Shown piece after piece: positions 48,273-58,259 of a stretch of 64,000 nt of DNA. The position numbers were made by a program, and so were the translations under genes. The stretch's first letter is position 1, and every line of letters starts with the position of its first letter. The notes beneath the pieces are model-generated. The model was not told the origin of the DNA. It made no database searches and saw only the letters and a program-made list of their open reading frames with translations. Source of the DNA: an uncultured virus (IMG/VR IMGVR_UViG_3300013006_001224) (lineage: Duplodnaviria > Heunggongvirae > Uroviricota > Caudoviricetes); IMG/VR virus record IMGVR_UViG_3300013006_001224; one strand, 5' to 3'.

Positions 48273-48649
48273 TATTTTAATCCTTTAAGTATTCTAGTAA
48301 TACCAGTTAAGTTTTTTAATACTGCAGTTGAATAACGACTAAACTGCACATATCGTTGTTGTAGACTTGGATCAGTTGCTGACAATTCTTCTAATTTAGT
48401 CTGTGCGTCTGATAAAGCATTTCGTAGTTCTTTAGCCATATCAGTTAATGTTTCAAACTCTGTAGTATCTACTTCCTCCGGCTCTTCTGCACTCATATCC
48501 TCAGGTGCTACTTCAGGCACTTCTTCTTCTCTAACCGGCCGTCTACCCATGTTAGGGCTAAGACCAATAAAGCCTTCAGTCAATTGTTTATCATTTGACT
48601 TGGACTTACCGCCAAACAATTGAGCATATCGTTGTTTTAAATCTGTCAT
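48272..48649 (-). CDS. Head-region hypothetical protein
   Basis: TAATG coupling to the next gene; QLTE tag. Confidence 0.75.
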   Translation of the reverse strand: MTDLKQRYAQLFGGKSKSNDKQLTEGFIGLSPNMGRRPVREEEVPEVAPEDMSAEEPEEVDTTEFETLTDMAKELRNALSDAQTKLEELSATDPSLQQRYVQFSRYSTAVLKNLTGITRILKGLK

Positions 48650-48660
48650 TTTATTTCCTA

Positions 48661-48939
48661 TTAAATAGTAATTTCACTAGGTATGTTTCCGAACAAGTCA
48701 GGAGCGAATCCTGTGCCTTTTTTACCGATCGAATTAAATGGCCCATACATACTAGCATGTGATGAATCAAATAAGCTATTGAAAAATTTCTTACCATTTT
48801 TTGGATTACCTAACTGTGCATTTGCTAGTGGAGATATATTAGTACCTAATATAGTACCAGTGCCCAATTGACCTGGATTGTTTGGTCCATATACTGAACT
48901 ATGAGCTAAATCTACTAAACCGTTATTTTTCTTTGCCAT
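48661..48939 (-). CDS. Hypothetical Gly/Pro-rich protein with an internal duplication
   Basis: HSSVYGPNN...GTG and HASMYGPFN...GTG. Confidence 0.7.
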   Translation of the reverse strand: MAKKNNGLVDLAHSSVYGPNNPGQLGTGTILGTNISPLANAQLGNPKNGKKFFNSLFDSSHASMYGPFNSIGKKGTGFAPDLFGNIPSEITI

Positions 48940-48941
48940 AA

Positions 48942-49547
48942 TTAGAACTCCATGATTATATCAGAAATAAGTCGTTCAATAGTATTGTAACGATTACTTG
49001 CCGATTTGTTTATTGATTCATTTACAGGTGAAAGGAACGCTCCATGGGTCGATGGATTACTTACAAAGTCAAATGCAATTAATTCAAAGTCTGGTTGAAC
49101 TTCCATTGCCTCACTTCCTTCACGCATAACCTCTTTAACAGAGCCTAATCCACGTGAACTAATTCCTAATTTAATTCCGGCTTGGAATAATGACTTAAGA
49201 ATATTTCCAGATGGCGTAGGTAATACTTCTACTGTACCCATTAAGTCCGGTCCTTTCCATCCCATTGATACAATGTTATGAGAAACGTTATTTAAGTTAA
49301 CAACAGATGAATCTGGGTGATCTAATTCTCCCAAAGCCCTACGTTCAGCAATAAATGTATTTTCATACTTCTTAGCTTCACGCATTAATATTTCCATTGG
49401 ATATACACGTCCATTTTGGTTACGTGCATCAGCTCTTTGAAGAACTCCAGTAACAATTAATTTACCGTTATTATTTGCTAACGATTCATTAATGGATTGA
49501 GCTGATACTTCAAATACGCCGTAATCTACTAATAATTGCTTAGACAT
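48942..49547 (-). CDS. Prohead core protease (gp21-like)
   Basis: NQNGRVYP, ALGELDHP, VSH, GISSRGLGS, DFVSNPS. Confidence 0.96.
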   Translation of the reverse strand: MSKQLLVDYGVFEVSAQSINESLANNNGKLIVTGVLQRADARNQNGRVYPMEILMREAKKYENTFIAERRALGELDHPDSSVVNLNNVSHNIVSMGWKGPDLMGTVEVLPTPSGNILKSLFQAGIKLGISSRGLGSVKEVMREGSEAMEVQPDFELIAFDFVSNPSTHGAFLSPVNESINKSASNRYNTIERLISDIIMEF

Positions 49548-49705
49548 TATTTTAATCCTTGTATATATAATCCTGAATTAAGAAATTGTTGATGTCGGTC
49601 GAAACGTTTACGTTCATCAGAATATTTACGTTTTGCCTGTTCCATTGTCAAAGTTTTATTTTCAGCAGCTTTATAAAATTGTTGCCATGTACGGTTTAAA
49701 ATCAT
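49547..49705 (-). CDS. Small basic hypothetical protein (52 aa)
   Basis: Below the ORF-track cutoff; MILNRTWQQFYKAAENKTLTMEQAKRKYSDERKRFDRHQQFLNSGLYIQGLK; fills the gap exactly with ATGA and TAATG overlaps. Confidence 0.75.
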   Translation of the reverse strand: MILNRTWQQFYKAAENKTLTMEQAKRKYSDERKRFDRHQQFLNSGLYIQGLK

Positions 49706-50742
49706 TGTGACAATTCCTTTAATCTATTCGATAGTCTAACTATTCGTTCATTTATTTTAGAAAATCTTACACTTGTATTTTTCCAAAAATGAGATGAGTC
49801 AACACCCATTTCAGTTTTTAATCTTAGATTATTTTGTACAATCTTTTCCATTTCACCTAACATCTTATTAACCTCAGCAATTCCATTGTTTACTTTTTGC
49901 GCTGGAGTTGATGTAGGATCTTTTTTATAGTCTCTGTATGAAACTGCTTCTTCAATACTATATCCTGACGGTGCTTTATAATTAACACTCGGGTGGATAT
50001 AATTTAGTCGTTTAAGAGCTTCAAATATAGCCATTATAGCGTCTGGACGTCTATATCCATTCTTTGTAGCTAAAGCATTAACAAATTTATCAACAGCTTT
50101 ATCTAATGCAGGATTTGAAGCTTCATTTACAATGGACTTTACTCCGTACATTTCAGACATCATCTTTTTATACGTAGATTTACTTTCATTCCAAATAGGT
50201 TTGAATATCTTATTAGTCTTTTTAACTGGAGTCATTCCGCCTTGACTCAATGTATTTTTATCTACCTTTCCAAATGCCATTGGAGTTTGATATCCAGGTA
50301 CTCCTGCTGTACTTGACATTTCATCTAATCCTTGATGACTAGTTAATTCAATACTGTTATCCGATAGAATATCAGATAATGTTTGAATTACCTCTTGATC
50401 GTCGGTTGCAAACACGTTAGTGCCGTATGGTACAAGTGATTTATTACGTAACGCCTTTCTTAATAAAGTATCGTTTTGTATAGCTTCCACTGCCTTACGA
50501 GCATCACGAACTGCTATCTCAACATAATATGGTTCATCAACGCCTAAAGCATTTTCATCCATTTTAGCAACTTTACCTAGACGCTTATGCAAATATTTAT
50601 CAGACTTATCAGCGTCGCCATCATTGTCTAAATCTTTATCCTCTAAATCTTTGAAGTCTTTTCCAGCTTCTTTATCAGATACTCGATCAACGCTTTCATT
50701 TAATTGACGGAATTTTTTTTCCATTTCTTCAAGAAATTTCAT
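49702..50742 (-). CDS. Head-associated hypothetical protein with EF-hand-like loop
   Basis: DKDLDNDGDADKSD; several (L/I/V)xE sites. Confidence 0.75.
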   Translation of the reverse strand: MKFLEEMEKKFRQLNESVDRVSDKEAGKDFKDLEDKDLDNDGDADKSDKYLHKRLGKVAKMDENALGVDEPYYVEIAVRDARKAVEAIQNDTLLRKALRNKSLVPYGTNVFATDDQEVIQTLSDILSDNSIELTSHQGLDEMSSTAGVPGYQTPMAFGKVDKNTLSQGGMTPVKKTNKIFKPIWNESKSTYKKMMSEMYGVKSIVNEASNPALDKAVDKFVNALATKNGYRRPDAIMAIFEALKRLNYIHPSVNYKAPSGYSIEEAVSYRDYKKDPTSTPAQKVNNGIAEVNKMLGEMEKIVQNNLRLKTEMGVDSSHFWKNTSVRFSKINERIVRLSNRLKELSQ

Positions 50743-51053
50743 TATACTCCTTGACGTTTAAATACGTATACCGATGATGGCGTTAATGCACTACCACTAA
50801 TAGATAATATTGAAAAATCATATAATTGTTTTACAGTTAAATCTCCCAAATTTACCCGTCCGCCGTTAGATAGACTAGCAGTAGCAGTTCCGGCTGTTAC
50901 AACCATGATCGAGCCATAACCGTAATTAGATCCAGTAAAAAATGTTTCTCCGCTGGTAAATGTTTGAACTGAAGTATACTTACCGGGATGCCCTAGTCTT
51001 TCAAATTGACTTACTTGTGCATTTGTATATTCATATGGTCCTTGAATTGGCAT
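50742..51053 (-). CDS. Hypothetical protein
   Basis: 103-aa ORF in the operon. Confidence 0.7.
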   Translation of the reverse strand: MPIQGPYEYTNAQVSQFERLGHPGKYTSVQTFTSGETFFTGSNYGYGSIMVVTAGTATASLSNGGRVNLGDLTVKQLYDFSILSISGSALTPSSVYVFKRQGV

Positions 51054-51054
51054 A

Positions 51055-51894
51055 TTATCCTTTTACTTTATTTAGTTCATCTACTAGTTCATAATACTTT
51101 AACATAGTCAATACATCTTTATCTTCTATGGTATGTTTCTTATTAATCTGATTAAGTAGATTAGCAACTTCCGTCAATTTAATACGTATAACTTTGCTAG
51201 GTACAATTGTCTTTAACTTAGTAAGTTGTTCTGATAATGACTTAGTTTCTTTAAGTATATATTTCTTAAGTTCTGTTGAATTAGTTACATTATTAATATA
51301 CTCACGCAACATGTTCTTTTGTGAGCTTGATAACGATGAATATTTTTCATTAAACTTTTCAATCATTATTTTAGAAGCTAAAATACGTAAATCCTTTTGC
51401 TCAGCAATTAACGCTGATTTAGTATCTACTGATTTTTTAGCTACTGCTGATATATGTTCTAGAATAGCAAATTTATTTTCAACATATTCTTTAGGATCAT
51501 CGGCTTCAGCATGCTCAAATAATTTATATATAGCTGCATGCAATTTATAATTGCTAACACGCGATTTGAAAAAATCTTCAATATTAAAAGCCGAACGTAT
51601 TTCTTTAATTAAGTTATACTTTTCTTTTTTCAATAAAGATTCATTGATAGTTTTTCTTGCAGTAGTCACTGCCGTTACAAAAGTCTCCGCCTTTACATTA
51701 ACGAATTTCTCTTCATGGAGTGAGCGATATAATTTCAACTCCTGAGATAAAAGAGAGTTTGGTTTAAAGCTTCTCTTTAAAATACGTAATGCCTTTGAAT
51801 CTCGGTTGTTCATTGTATCCGATGCTACTTGTCTTACCAAAAGCTCGAAAATCAAACCGGTATTTTTTACTTTTGAATGTTTAATTCGTTTCAT
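51055..51894 (-). CDS. Head-region hypothetical protein downstream of portal
   Basis: KHSKVKNTGLIFELLVRQ; start moved behind the late motif. Confidence 0.8.
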   Translation of the reverse strand: MKRIKHSKVKNTGLIFELLVRQVASDTMNNRDSKALRILKRSFKPNSLLSQELKLYRSLHEEKFVNVKAETFVTAVTTARKTINESLLKKEKYNLIKEIRSAFNIEDFFKSRVSNYKLHAAIYKLFEHAEADDPKEYVENKFAILEHISAVAKKSVDTKSALIAEQKDLRILASKIMIEKFNEKYSSLSSSQKNMLREYINNVTNSTELKKYILKETKSLSEQLTKLKTIVPSKVIRIKLTEVANLLNQINKKHTIEDKDVLTMLKYYELVDELNKVKG

Positions 51895-51949
51895 TAAATG
51901 CGTCCTGTTATGTACGTATATTTTTAATAAATATATATCAATCAACAAA

Positions 51950-53833
51950 CTATTGATCTAATAATTGGCGTTCATCCAACATAGTACCTGCATCAATATC
52001 TTTAATTTCTTCATTTAAAGATTGTTTCAATACCTTAGCCGACTTAAACTTAGATTTCATTGAATCTATAATAGCTTTTGATTCAACATGTTCAGTACTT
52101 AACGGCGATCCATTTTTAAAATTATGTTGCAATGGCGACTTATCTATACTTAAAGACTTAGTCATTTCTTTAGCTCCTAATGGATCTCTACCATGCGGAC
52201 TAGAATGTTTACCCCATGTACTGGCGTCTTTAGGACGTCCTGGGCCGGCTACATGTTCTTGTTCCATTCCCGGAGCCAATCCGTCAAACTTTGTCGATAC
52301 ATGCATTGAAGCAATATCATGAGGTGTACCAAAACTCATATTGGTTTTAACAGGGTCATTACCTTCACTAGAAATCTGTTCTTTACGGAAGTCTTGTTTA
52401 AGATCTTCAATTACTTGATCTTGTTCGGTCTGCCATTCCTGTTGAGTTAAATTAAAGATGTTTTCATAAATCCATTTTTCTGAAAACATTTTAGATTCTT
52501 TAAGATTTCCTGCCAATTCAACTTTAGTAGCTAAAGTTTCTAGCTTTTGTTTTTCATATATCAATGAAGGATTTGTTAATGATATAGTAAAGTTAATTAA
52601 ATCTTCACCTTCAAATCCTTGAGCATATAAATGTATAATTGCAATCTTAGTTAACTCAGATACAAATATCTTTTGTATACGTTCTATTGTTCTGGCAAAA
52701 CGTACATCTTCTGCTGCTAACGTCGCTTTACCTTCAACACCTTCATCATATCCTAAGAACGCTTTTGGAATCTTTAATGCGGCATGCATTTTATTTCTCA
52801 AGTATTCAATGTCATCAATTTGACCGTCATTGCTCAATCCAGGTAATGATTCAATGGCAGTTCCAGATTCTCCCCCACGTACTGGTAGGAAATAATCTTC
52901 TAACATGTTTTGCATATTAAATTTAAGATTATATTCCCCGGTTTGCTCATTCATATATGGAATTTTTTTCATCTTTTGAATGATAGCATCGATATGAGAA
53001 TCAACTTCTCCTGGCGGTAAATTACCTACGTCTATTTTAAAAATTCTACGTTCCGGTGCACGCATGATACGATGAATTAACATTGCATCTTCCATTAACA
53101 TTAATTGTTTCCATACCTTACGTGCAGGTTCTAACATTGACTTACCATATGGAAGGAAGTTAGTATCTGATAATAATCTAAAGTGTGCTACTTGATAATT
53201 TTCCATTGGCTCACGGTCAGATGCCCCTCTGCCCATAGAATACATTGTATGAGTACCTTCAAATAAGAATCGATATGCATATGGATTATTTGGATCATAC
53301 CCTTCTTCACGACGAACCTCATATGCTGATAATGGTATTACATTAATAATACCTAATTCCTCTTCAATATCTAGATACAAAAAGAAATCTCCGTACTTAC
53401 AGGCGTTTCTAATCCATGGCCATAAGTTATAATCTATATTAAGTATGTCGTAAAATAAATTACGTAACACTTTATAGACTTCATTATTAGGTGTAGAAAT
53501 GGTTATAGTATCCCCATCTGCATCCTTTACAGTCGACTCATCTGCGTAAATGTCTAACGCCGATGCCAATATTGGATCCATATCCATTGATTCATAATCA
53601 GAAAATAATTCTAATTTAGAAGTATGGAATGTATATGATTGATTATAAGTACCATATGATTGGCCACGTTGCAATCCAGCAAATCGGTCAATATATCTAT
53701 TACTTGATAATGCACCTGATGATTGTAATCTATTAGTATCAATAGCTTTGAGTTGATTTTTGCCTATTCTTCTAACAATAACGTTAGTTGAGAATAACCG
53801 TCTTAACCGACTCGATAATGAAGTGTCTGCCAT
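51950..53833 (-). CDS. Portal protein (gp20-like)
   Basis: L.LMEDAMLI.RI.RAPERRIF.IDVGN, MLEDYFLP.R, I..LPG, ALKIP. Confidence 0.96.
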   Translation of the reverse strand: MADTSLSSRLRRLFSTNVIVRRIGKNQLKAIDTNRLQSSGALSSNRYIDRFAGLQRGQSYGTYNQSYTFHTSKLELFSDYESMDMDPILASALDIYADESTVKDADGDTITISTPNNEVYKVLRNLFYDILNIDYNLWPWIRNACKYGDFFLYLDIEEELGIINVIPLSAYEVRREEGYDPNNPYAYRFLFEGTHTMYSMGRGASDREPMENYQVAHFRLLSDTNFLPYGKSMLEPARKVWKQLMLMEDAMLIHRIMRAPERRIFKIDVGNLPPGEVDSHIDAIIQKMKKIPYMNEQTGEYNLKFNMQNMLEDYFLPVRGGESGTAIESLPGLSNDGQIDDIEYLRNKMHAALKIPKAFLGYDEGVEGKATLAAEDVRFARTIERIQKIFVSELTKIAIIHLYAQGFEGEDLINFTISLTNPSLIYEKQKLETLATKVELAGNLKESKMFSEKWIYENIFNLTQQEWQTEQDQVIEDLKQDFRKEQISSEGNDPVKTNMSFGTPHDIASMHVSTKFDGLAPGMEQEHVAGPGRPKDASTWGKHSSPHGRDPLGAKEMTKSLSIDKSPLQHNFKNGSPLSTEHVESKAIIDSMKSKFKSAKVLKQSLNEEIKDIDAGTMLDERQLLDQ

Positions 53834-53856
53834 ATTTTATCTCTTTTTTATAAATA

Positions 53857-55422
53857 TCAGATTAGCCAAGTAAGGCCATCTTTTTCACCGTTCCAGTCCC
53901 ATGAGCCATTACTAGAATTTCCAGTTGATGTATACACACCTTTTGATTTTCCAAAATAGCCTAATGATTTTCTAGACAGATCGAGTCCTTGTTGACGTAA
54001 ACGCAATGCCGTGTCACGTACCCATAATGCAATTGCAAATGACATTACCAAGTCATCATTGTAACCTCTTTGAGCTTCTGCTCTACTACCATTCCAGATG
54101 AATACATATAGTTCATCTGTTAGTCTTTTACTTTTAACAATAGGGCCTTTTTCTCTAAAATACGTTTCTAATTTAGATATCATTAAAGGTCTTGTCTTTG
54201 AAGTAGTTGAAAATCCAGGAACTTTATCTGATTTAGATTTTAAGTCATATCCCTTTGATAAGTGAACTTCTTCATCGATATACGCATCTTGGCGATATGA
54301 ATAATACAAGTTTTCATAGTTACGGTCGATTGCAACTTGTAGTACTGCCCATCCTATATTTGCATTTTCTATTACTAATAAAGCATTATTATATTCTGTG
54401 GCAACTGTTATTAACATGTTCCCGTAATCGGTAGTACTTATCTTACCGCGGTATTCTGCTACCTGTGTCATTGATTCTATTTCAATAACATGAAATGCAG
54501 AGTTATCGGCCCCATCGCCGCGAGCGACGTCAGCTACTACTGCATAACTTTTATTAAAGTCGGCATACTCCCATATCCAATAATTACTATCAAACCCTCT
54601 CTTTTCTAAAGGATCCGTAACGTATGTTTGTTCATACCATTGTATAATAGGACCGTCAACTACTGTATGGCCGGATGATATAAAGTCGCAATCACATTCC
54701 TGCGCTGCCTCTTTATCGCCTAGCAATCGAGTCTGTTCTTCACGCCATGTCTCATCACGATCTGGATGACGTGACCAGTGTAGTTTAATAGGATTAAATT
54801 GACCACCAGCCTCTGCATCTACCCATAGTTTATGGAATAAATTACCAGTACCATTAGGTGTAGATAATATAATAGCACCACCACCCGTTGCTAATGTTTG
54901 CTGTGCGGATGTCCATATTTCATCAATGCCTTTAATAAATGCAGCTTCATCAATTACCAATAGTGATAATGCTTCAGAACGGCCGGAAGTGCCTGTACTA
55001 GAAACAGCTTTAATTTGTGACCCATTCTTAAAACGCAATGACAATTTATTATCTTCCATTGATTTACCTTTCAGCCAAGCCGGAAGATTATCATGCATTA
55101 CCCTTACCTTTGTTACCAAGTTTTTAGCAACGTCTTGGGTAGTAGCAATAACTAGAACGTTATAGTCATTTTTAAATAACATAGCCCAAAGAGCATAACC
55201 AGCTGTTAAAGTTGATATACCCAATTGGCGTGACTTAAGAATAATGTTATATCGATTATCACGTAAGTCACGTAATGTATCTTCTTGGAAAGGATATAAA
55301 TTAAAATACATCTTTCCTTTCGTAGGGTGTTGAATTATGCAATACTTACGCATGAAATGTACAGGGTCAGCTGCACATTTTTTATACTCGTCTGCTATTA
55401 TTTCTTTAAGTGATTTTGACAT
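53857..55422 (-). CDS. terL: Terminase large subunit (gp17-like)
   Basis: LYPFQ, KSRQLGIST, IDEAAF, STPNG, DVARG, DDLVMS. Confidence 0.96.
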   Translation of the reverse strand: MSKSLKEIIADEYKKCAADPVHFMRKYCIIQHPTKGKMYFNLYPFQEDTLRDLRDNRYNIILKSRQLGISTLTAGYALWAMLFKNDYNVLVIATTQDVAKNLVTKVRVMHDNLPAWLKGKSMEDNKLSLRFKNGSQIKAVSSTGTSGRSEALSLLVIDEAAFIKGIDEIWTSAQQTLATGGGAIILSTPNGTGNLFHKLWVDAEAGGQFNPIKLHWSRHPDRDETWREEQTRLLGDKEAAQECDCDFISSGHTVVDGPIIQWYEQTYVTDPLEKRGFDSNYWIWEYADFNKSYAVVADVARGDGADNSAFHVIEIESMTQVAEYRGKISTTDYGNMLITVATEYNNALLVIENANIGWAVLQVAIDRNYENLYYSYRQDAYIDEEVHLSKGYDLKSKSDKVPGFSTTSKTRPLMISKLETYFREKGPIVKSKRLTDELYVFIWNGSRAEAQRGYNDDLVMSFAIALWVRDTALRLRQQGLDLSRKSLGYFGKSKGVYTSTGNSSNGSWDWNGEKDGLTWLI

Positions 55423-55428
55423 AACTCT

Positions 55429-55460
55429 TTAATATATAAAATTTATAACGTATAAACAAG
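55429..55460 (-). promoter_or_regulatory. Sigma70-type promoter variant (CTTG-N20-TATATTAA) for terminase
   Basis: Ends 6 nt before the terL ATG. Confidence 0.55.
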
Positions 55461-55865
55461 AATTAATGTAGGAATTGCAATTAAAAGTGCAGATCCACCT
55501 ATAAGTACTCCATTGCGCTGTCTACGATACTTTTTAGCTTTAGCTTTTGCTAATTCAATTTGTGTATTTTTAGCATCAATGACTAGTTTATATGAATTAA
55601 TATCCGTTATATACGTAGTTTCTTTTTTCTGATGATTTAGTATAATAGAATTTTTTAAGGCAATTGTATTACTTAAATCTATATTGATACTATAAACAAG
55701 TGCAAGTTCTCGTCTGGCTAAGTCGCCTGATTCTAGGTCTTTAATAATTTCTTTCATCGTGCCTGGTGGCAGACAAATTAAACTATCATTCAGAATATCT
55801 TTTTGCGAAATAGCTGTTAATGTCATCATTAGAAAAGCTATTAACATGATCAATTGTTTCTTCAT
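55443..55865 (-). CDS. Exported coiled-coil protein with C-terminal membrane anchor (spanin-like partner)
   Basis: Signal peptide MKKQLIMLIAFLMMTLTAIS-Q, GGAG SD, C-terminal hydrophobic helix. Confidence 0.65.
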   Translation of the reverse strand: MKKQLIMLIAFLMMTLTAISQKDILNDSLICLPPGTMKEIIKDLESGDLARRELALVYSINIDLSNTIALKNSIILNHQKKETTYITDINSYKLVIDAKNTQIELAKAKAKKYRRQRNGVLIGGSALLIAIPTLILVYTL

Positions 55866-56157
55866 ATTTCTCCCGTAATTGTTGTATTTCTTTTTGTTTT
55901 CTAGCAACGCTTGTTTCTATACGAGCAATTGAATTGTTTAGTGAATCGATTTGTAAATTAAGCTTTACACGTGTATTAGCGTTATCATCTATTACTGTAT
56001 TTAAACTATCAATTTGATGTTGTAATTTATACTGTTGAACATCAATTGGAATTTCTGGTTTTCTAAATGACAAAACTATTACTAATAGTGTTAGAAAGAC
56101 AGTACTGCCTACTAACGTATAAAACCATATATTTGGTATTCTTTTCATTATGCTCAT
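55786..56157 (-). CDS. N-terminal TM coiled-coil protein (i-spanin-like)
   Basis: TM segment then heptads with IDSLN twice; overlaps the next gene by 80 nt. Confidence 0.65.
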   Translation of the reverse strand: MSIMKRIPNIWFYTLVGSTVFLTLLVIVLSFRKPEIPIDVQQYKLQHQIDSLNTVIDDNANTRVKLNLQIDSLNNSIARIETSVARKQKEIQQLREKYEETIDHVNSFSNDDINSYFAKRYSE

Positions 56158-56163
56158 ATAGCA

Positions 56164-57378
56164 TTATCCCTTTGTTATTCCAGATGCTAAAATAAATTCT
56201 TCTATAGCAGAAATAGTTAAGTCGCCTGCTTTAATAGTAGTTTTTGCCGTAGTCAGTAAGTCGTCTACAGATCCAAATATCTGACCTATCATTTGTGTTA
56301 GTGCTGCATTGCTAGCAAAATACTGAATAGCGTCGGTTGTCATTACTATTAACATAATTCCAATATATATAACATTTGCAGCCTCATTCGAATTCTTCCA
56401 TGCTTTTTTCCATGAATCTCTTTTAAAGATTCCATATTTTGCTGCCAATAATGGCGCAAGAACCGCACGAATTGGAATCAAAAAAGCCTTATGCAGGTCA
56501 TGTCCTGCATTAGCTACCCATTTTGCGCCTTTTGATGAAAATGTTAAATCATGTAATATATGTAACATGTGTTTATCAACAGGCTGTGCTTCTTTACCTT
56601 CCGGCGTAAAACTTGCGCCATGAGGTTCTTGTCCCTTTTCTCGAGTCTTATCGTTCGCATCACCTACTGCTTGTGCAATCTTCTGAAACGCCGTTTCTAT
56701 ATCTTTTTGCATCGCAGCGTCCGGATCTTCACGTAATGCATATGCAGTAGCTATAGAACTACTCAATCCTAAAAATCCTTCTTTTTTAGCTAAAGCTAAT
56801 ATTTCAGTTTTTGATGGAATTTGATTTGTTTTTTTAGCTTGTTTATATATAAGATCTAAAAATATTAAGGCTTGTTGATCGCTTTCATCATATTTCCCAA
56901 ATTTACGTTTAGCCCACTCAATTACTTCTGCTAGCAGTTTAGCTATTGCAGGTAAAGCTAATACCGTCATTAAAAAGCCTTCAGTAAGTAATTGTCCATG
57001 GCGGCCATTGGATTCTGTCTGTATACCGTTTTTTACATCACCCTTATCTAAAGCACTGACATCGAGTTTGTCAGGGTCGGTTAAATATTCAGCGTCCGGT
57101 ACTTTATCGCCTAATTCTTGCGCCGCTTGTGCTATTACATTTGCAAGTTCATCATCGCTAATTTCAGCTTCTGTTATAGTAGGAGCAAAAAAACGTTGTA
57201 CTGTTAACATATGTTCTGATGTTAACGTCTTTCTTAAAAATGACACATACTCTTTAAAGATACCATGGATCTTTTGTTCTGCAGTCAGCGAATGTTCCAA
57301 TTGAATTGATCGTTGTGTGTTAAGGCATTGCTCCCATAACACTTCTTTCATTACAACAGATAGATTTATTCTAGCCAT
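56164..57378 (-). CDS. Hypothetical protein with hydrophobic helices
   Basis: 404 aa; ITE, IQTE and LLTE sites. Confidence 0.75.
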   Translation of the reverse strand: MARINLSVVMKEVLWEQCLNTQRSIQLEHSLTAEQKIHGIFKEYVSFLRKTLTSEHMLTVQRFFAPTITEAEISDDELANVIAQAAQELGDKVPDAEYLTDPDKLDVSALDKGDVKNGIQTESNGRHGQLLTEGFLMTVLALPAIAKLLAEVIEWAKRKFGKYDESDQQALIFLDLIYKQAKKTNQIPSKTEILALAKKEGFLGLSSSIATAYALREDPDAAMQKDIETAFQKIAQAVGDANDKTREKGQEPHGASFTPEGKEAQPVDKHMLHILHDLTFSSKGAKWVANAGHDLHKAFLIPIRAVLAPLLAAKYGIFKRDSWKKAWKNSNEAANVIYIGIMLIVMTTDAIQYFASNAALTQMIGQIFGSVDDLLTTAKTTIKAGDLTISAIEEFILASGITKG

Positions 57379-57659
57379 TACTTTCTCTTTTTAATTTCTT
57401 CACGAATGATATTACGAATTAAACGACGAACTTCATCAATTTGCAACTCCGTATCTTTATCTAAGTCGGCAATTGCTCTTTGCAATTGACTTTCCAAATC
57501 GCGCTTTTCAGATGTCATCTTCTTTAACTGGTCTAAAAGCTTTTGTTTGTCTTTACCGGCGGCAGCTTGCCATTTTTTTGCTACATCTTGCATTTCAGAT
57601 GAATGCTTTTCTAATTTCTCAGCTGCCTTAGTTACTTTCCTAGGAGTTGCCATTTTCAC
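57378..57659 (-). CDS. Hypothetical coiled-coil protein
   Basis: Ends VRRLIRNIIREEIKKRK. Confidence 0.7.
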   Translation of the reverse strand: MKMATPRKVTKAAEKLEKHSSEMQDVAKKWQAAAGKDKQKLLDQLKKMTSEKRDLESQLQRAIADLDKDTELQIDEVRRLIRNIIREEIKKRK

Positions 57660-58257
57660 CTTTAAGGTTTGTTATTATAGTTTTTTTCAATTCTTGATAA
57701 TCACTATCAAATTTTTCAAAGAATGCGCTTTGATCCCATTCTTCTAATCCACCATCCGCATTTTGTGTAAACTGTACTTTAAGTGAGTTACGCAAAATTT
57801 CAACTTCTTTATCTGTATCAGCTAGCCATGCTTCTGCATTAGCTAACATAAACTTACGTGAATATTCTTCCCATGCCTCTCGGCCTTTTAACCGAATAGC
57901 TGTCTCTTCCTTAAGGACACAATCAAAACATTTTTTATGCTTGAAATACATTTTAAAGTTTAAAGCCTTTTCGTCATCACGCATCTTCTTTTTGCAGCAA
58001 GGACATTCTTTAGGAACAGACATTATATCACGTACTTGTTTAAGAATACTGTTTAATGGCGTCCTAGTACGAAATCCGTTCTTCTGTTCTATTTTATATT
58101 CTACACCTGCAGGATCTTTCTCAATCCATATATCTCCTACAGCACGTTTGCTTGTAGTTCCTTCTCCAGTGTAACCAAAAGACTTTCTAGTTTGAGTACT
58201 ATGTGTACCTGCTAGTAATTCTTTATTTGCTTTAACATTTTGTAACTTATTGCTCAT
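57640..58257 (-). CDS. Hypothetical protein with Cys4 zinc-binding motif
   Basis: CPCC...M...KCFDC. Confidence 0.75.
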   Translation of the reverse strand: MSNKLQNVKANKELLAGTHSTQTRKSFGYTGEGTTSKRAVGDIWIEKDPAGVEYKIEQKNGFRTRTPLNSILKQVRDIMSVPKECPCCKKKMRDDEKALNFKMYFKHKKCFDCVLKEETAIRLKGREAWEEYSRKFMLANAEAWLADTDKEVEILRNSLKVQFTQNADGGLEEWDQSAFFEKFDSDYQELKKTIITNLKGENGNS

Positions 58258-58259
58258 AC

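Noticed and set aside
49547..49705. Small ORF as a second bS21-like protein (KRK...RFD, YIQGLK)
   Set aside because: It lacks the KPS core, and the resemblance is short and from memory only
5942..55422. Inteins or introns in nrdJ, helicase, recA, terminase or capsid
   Set aside because: Lengths are ordinary, reading frames are continuous and no splicing motifs were seen
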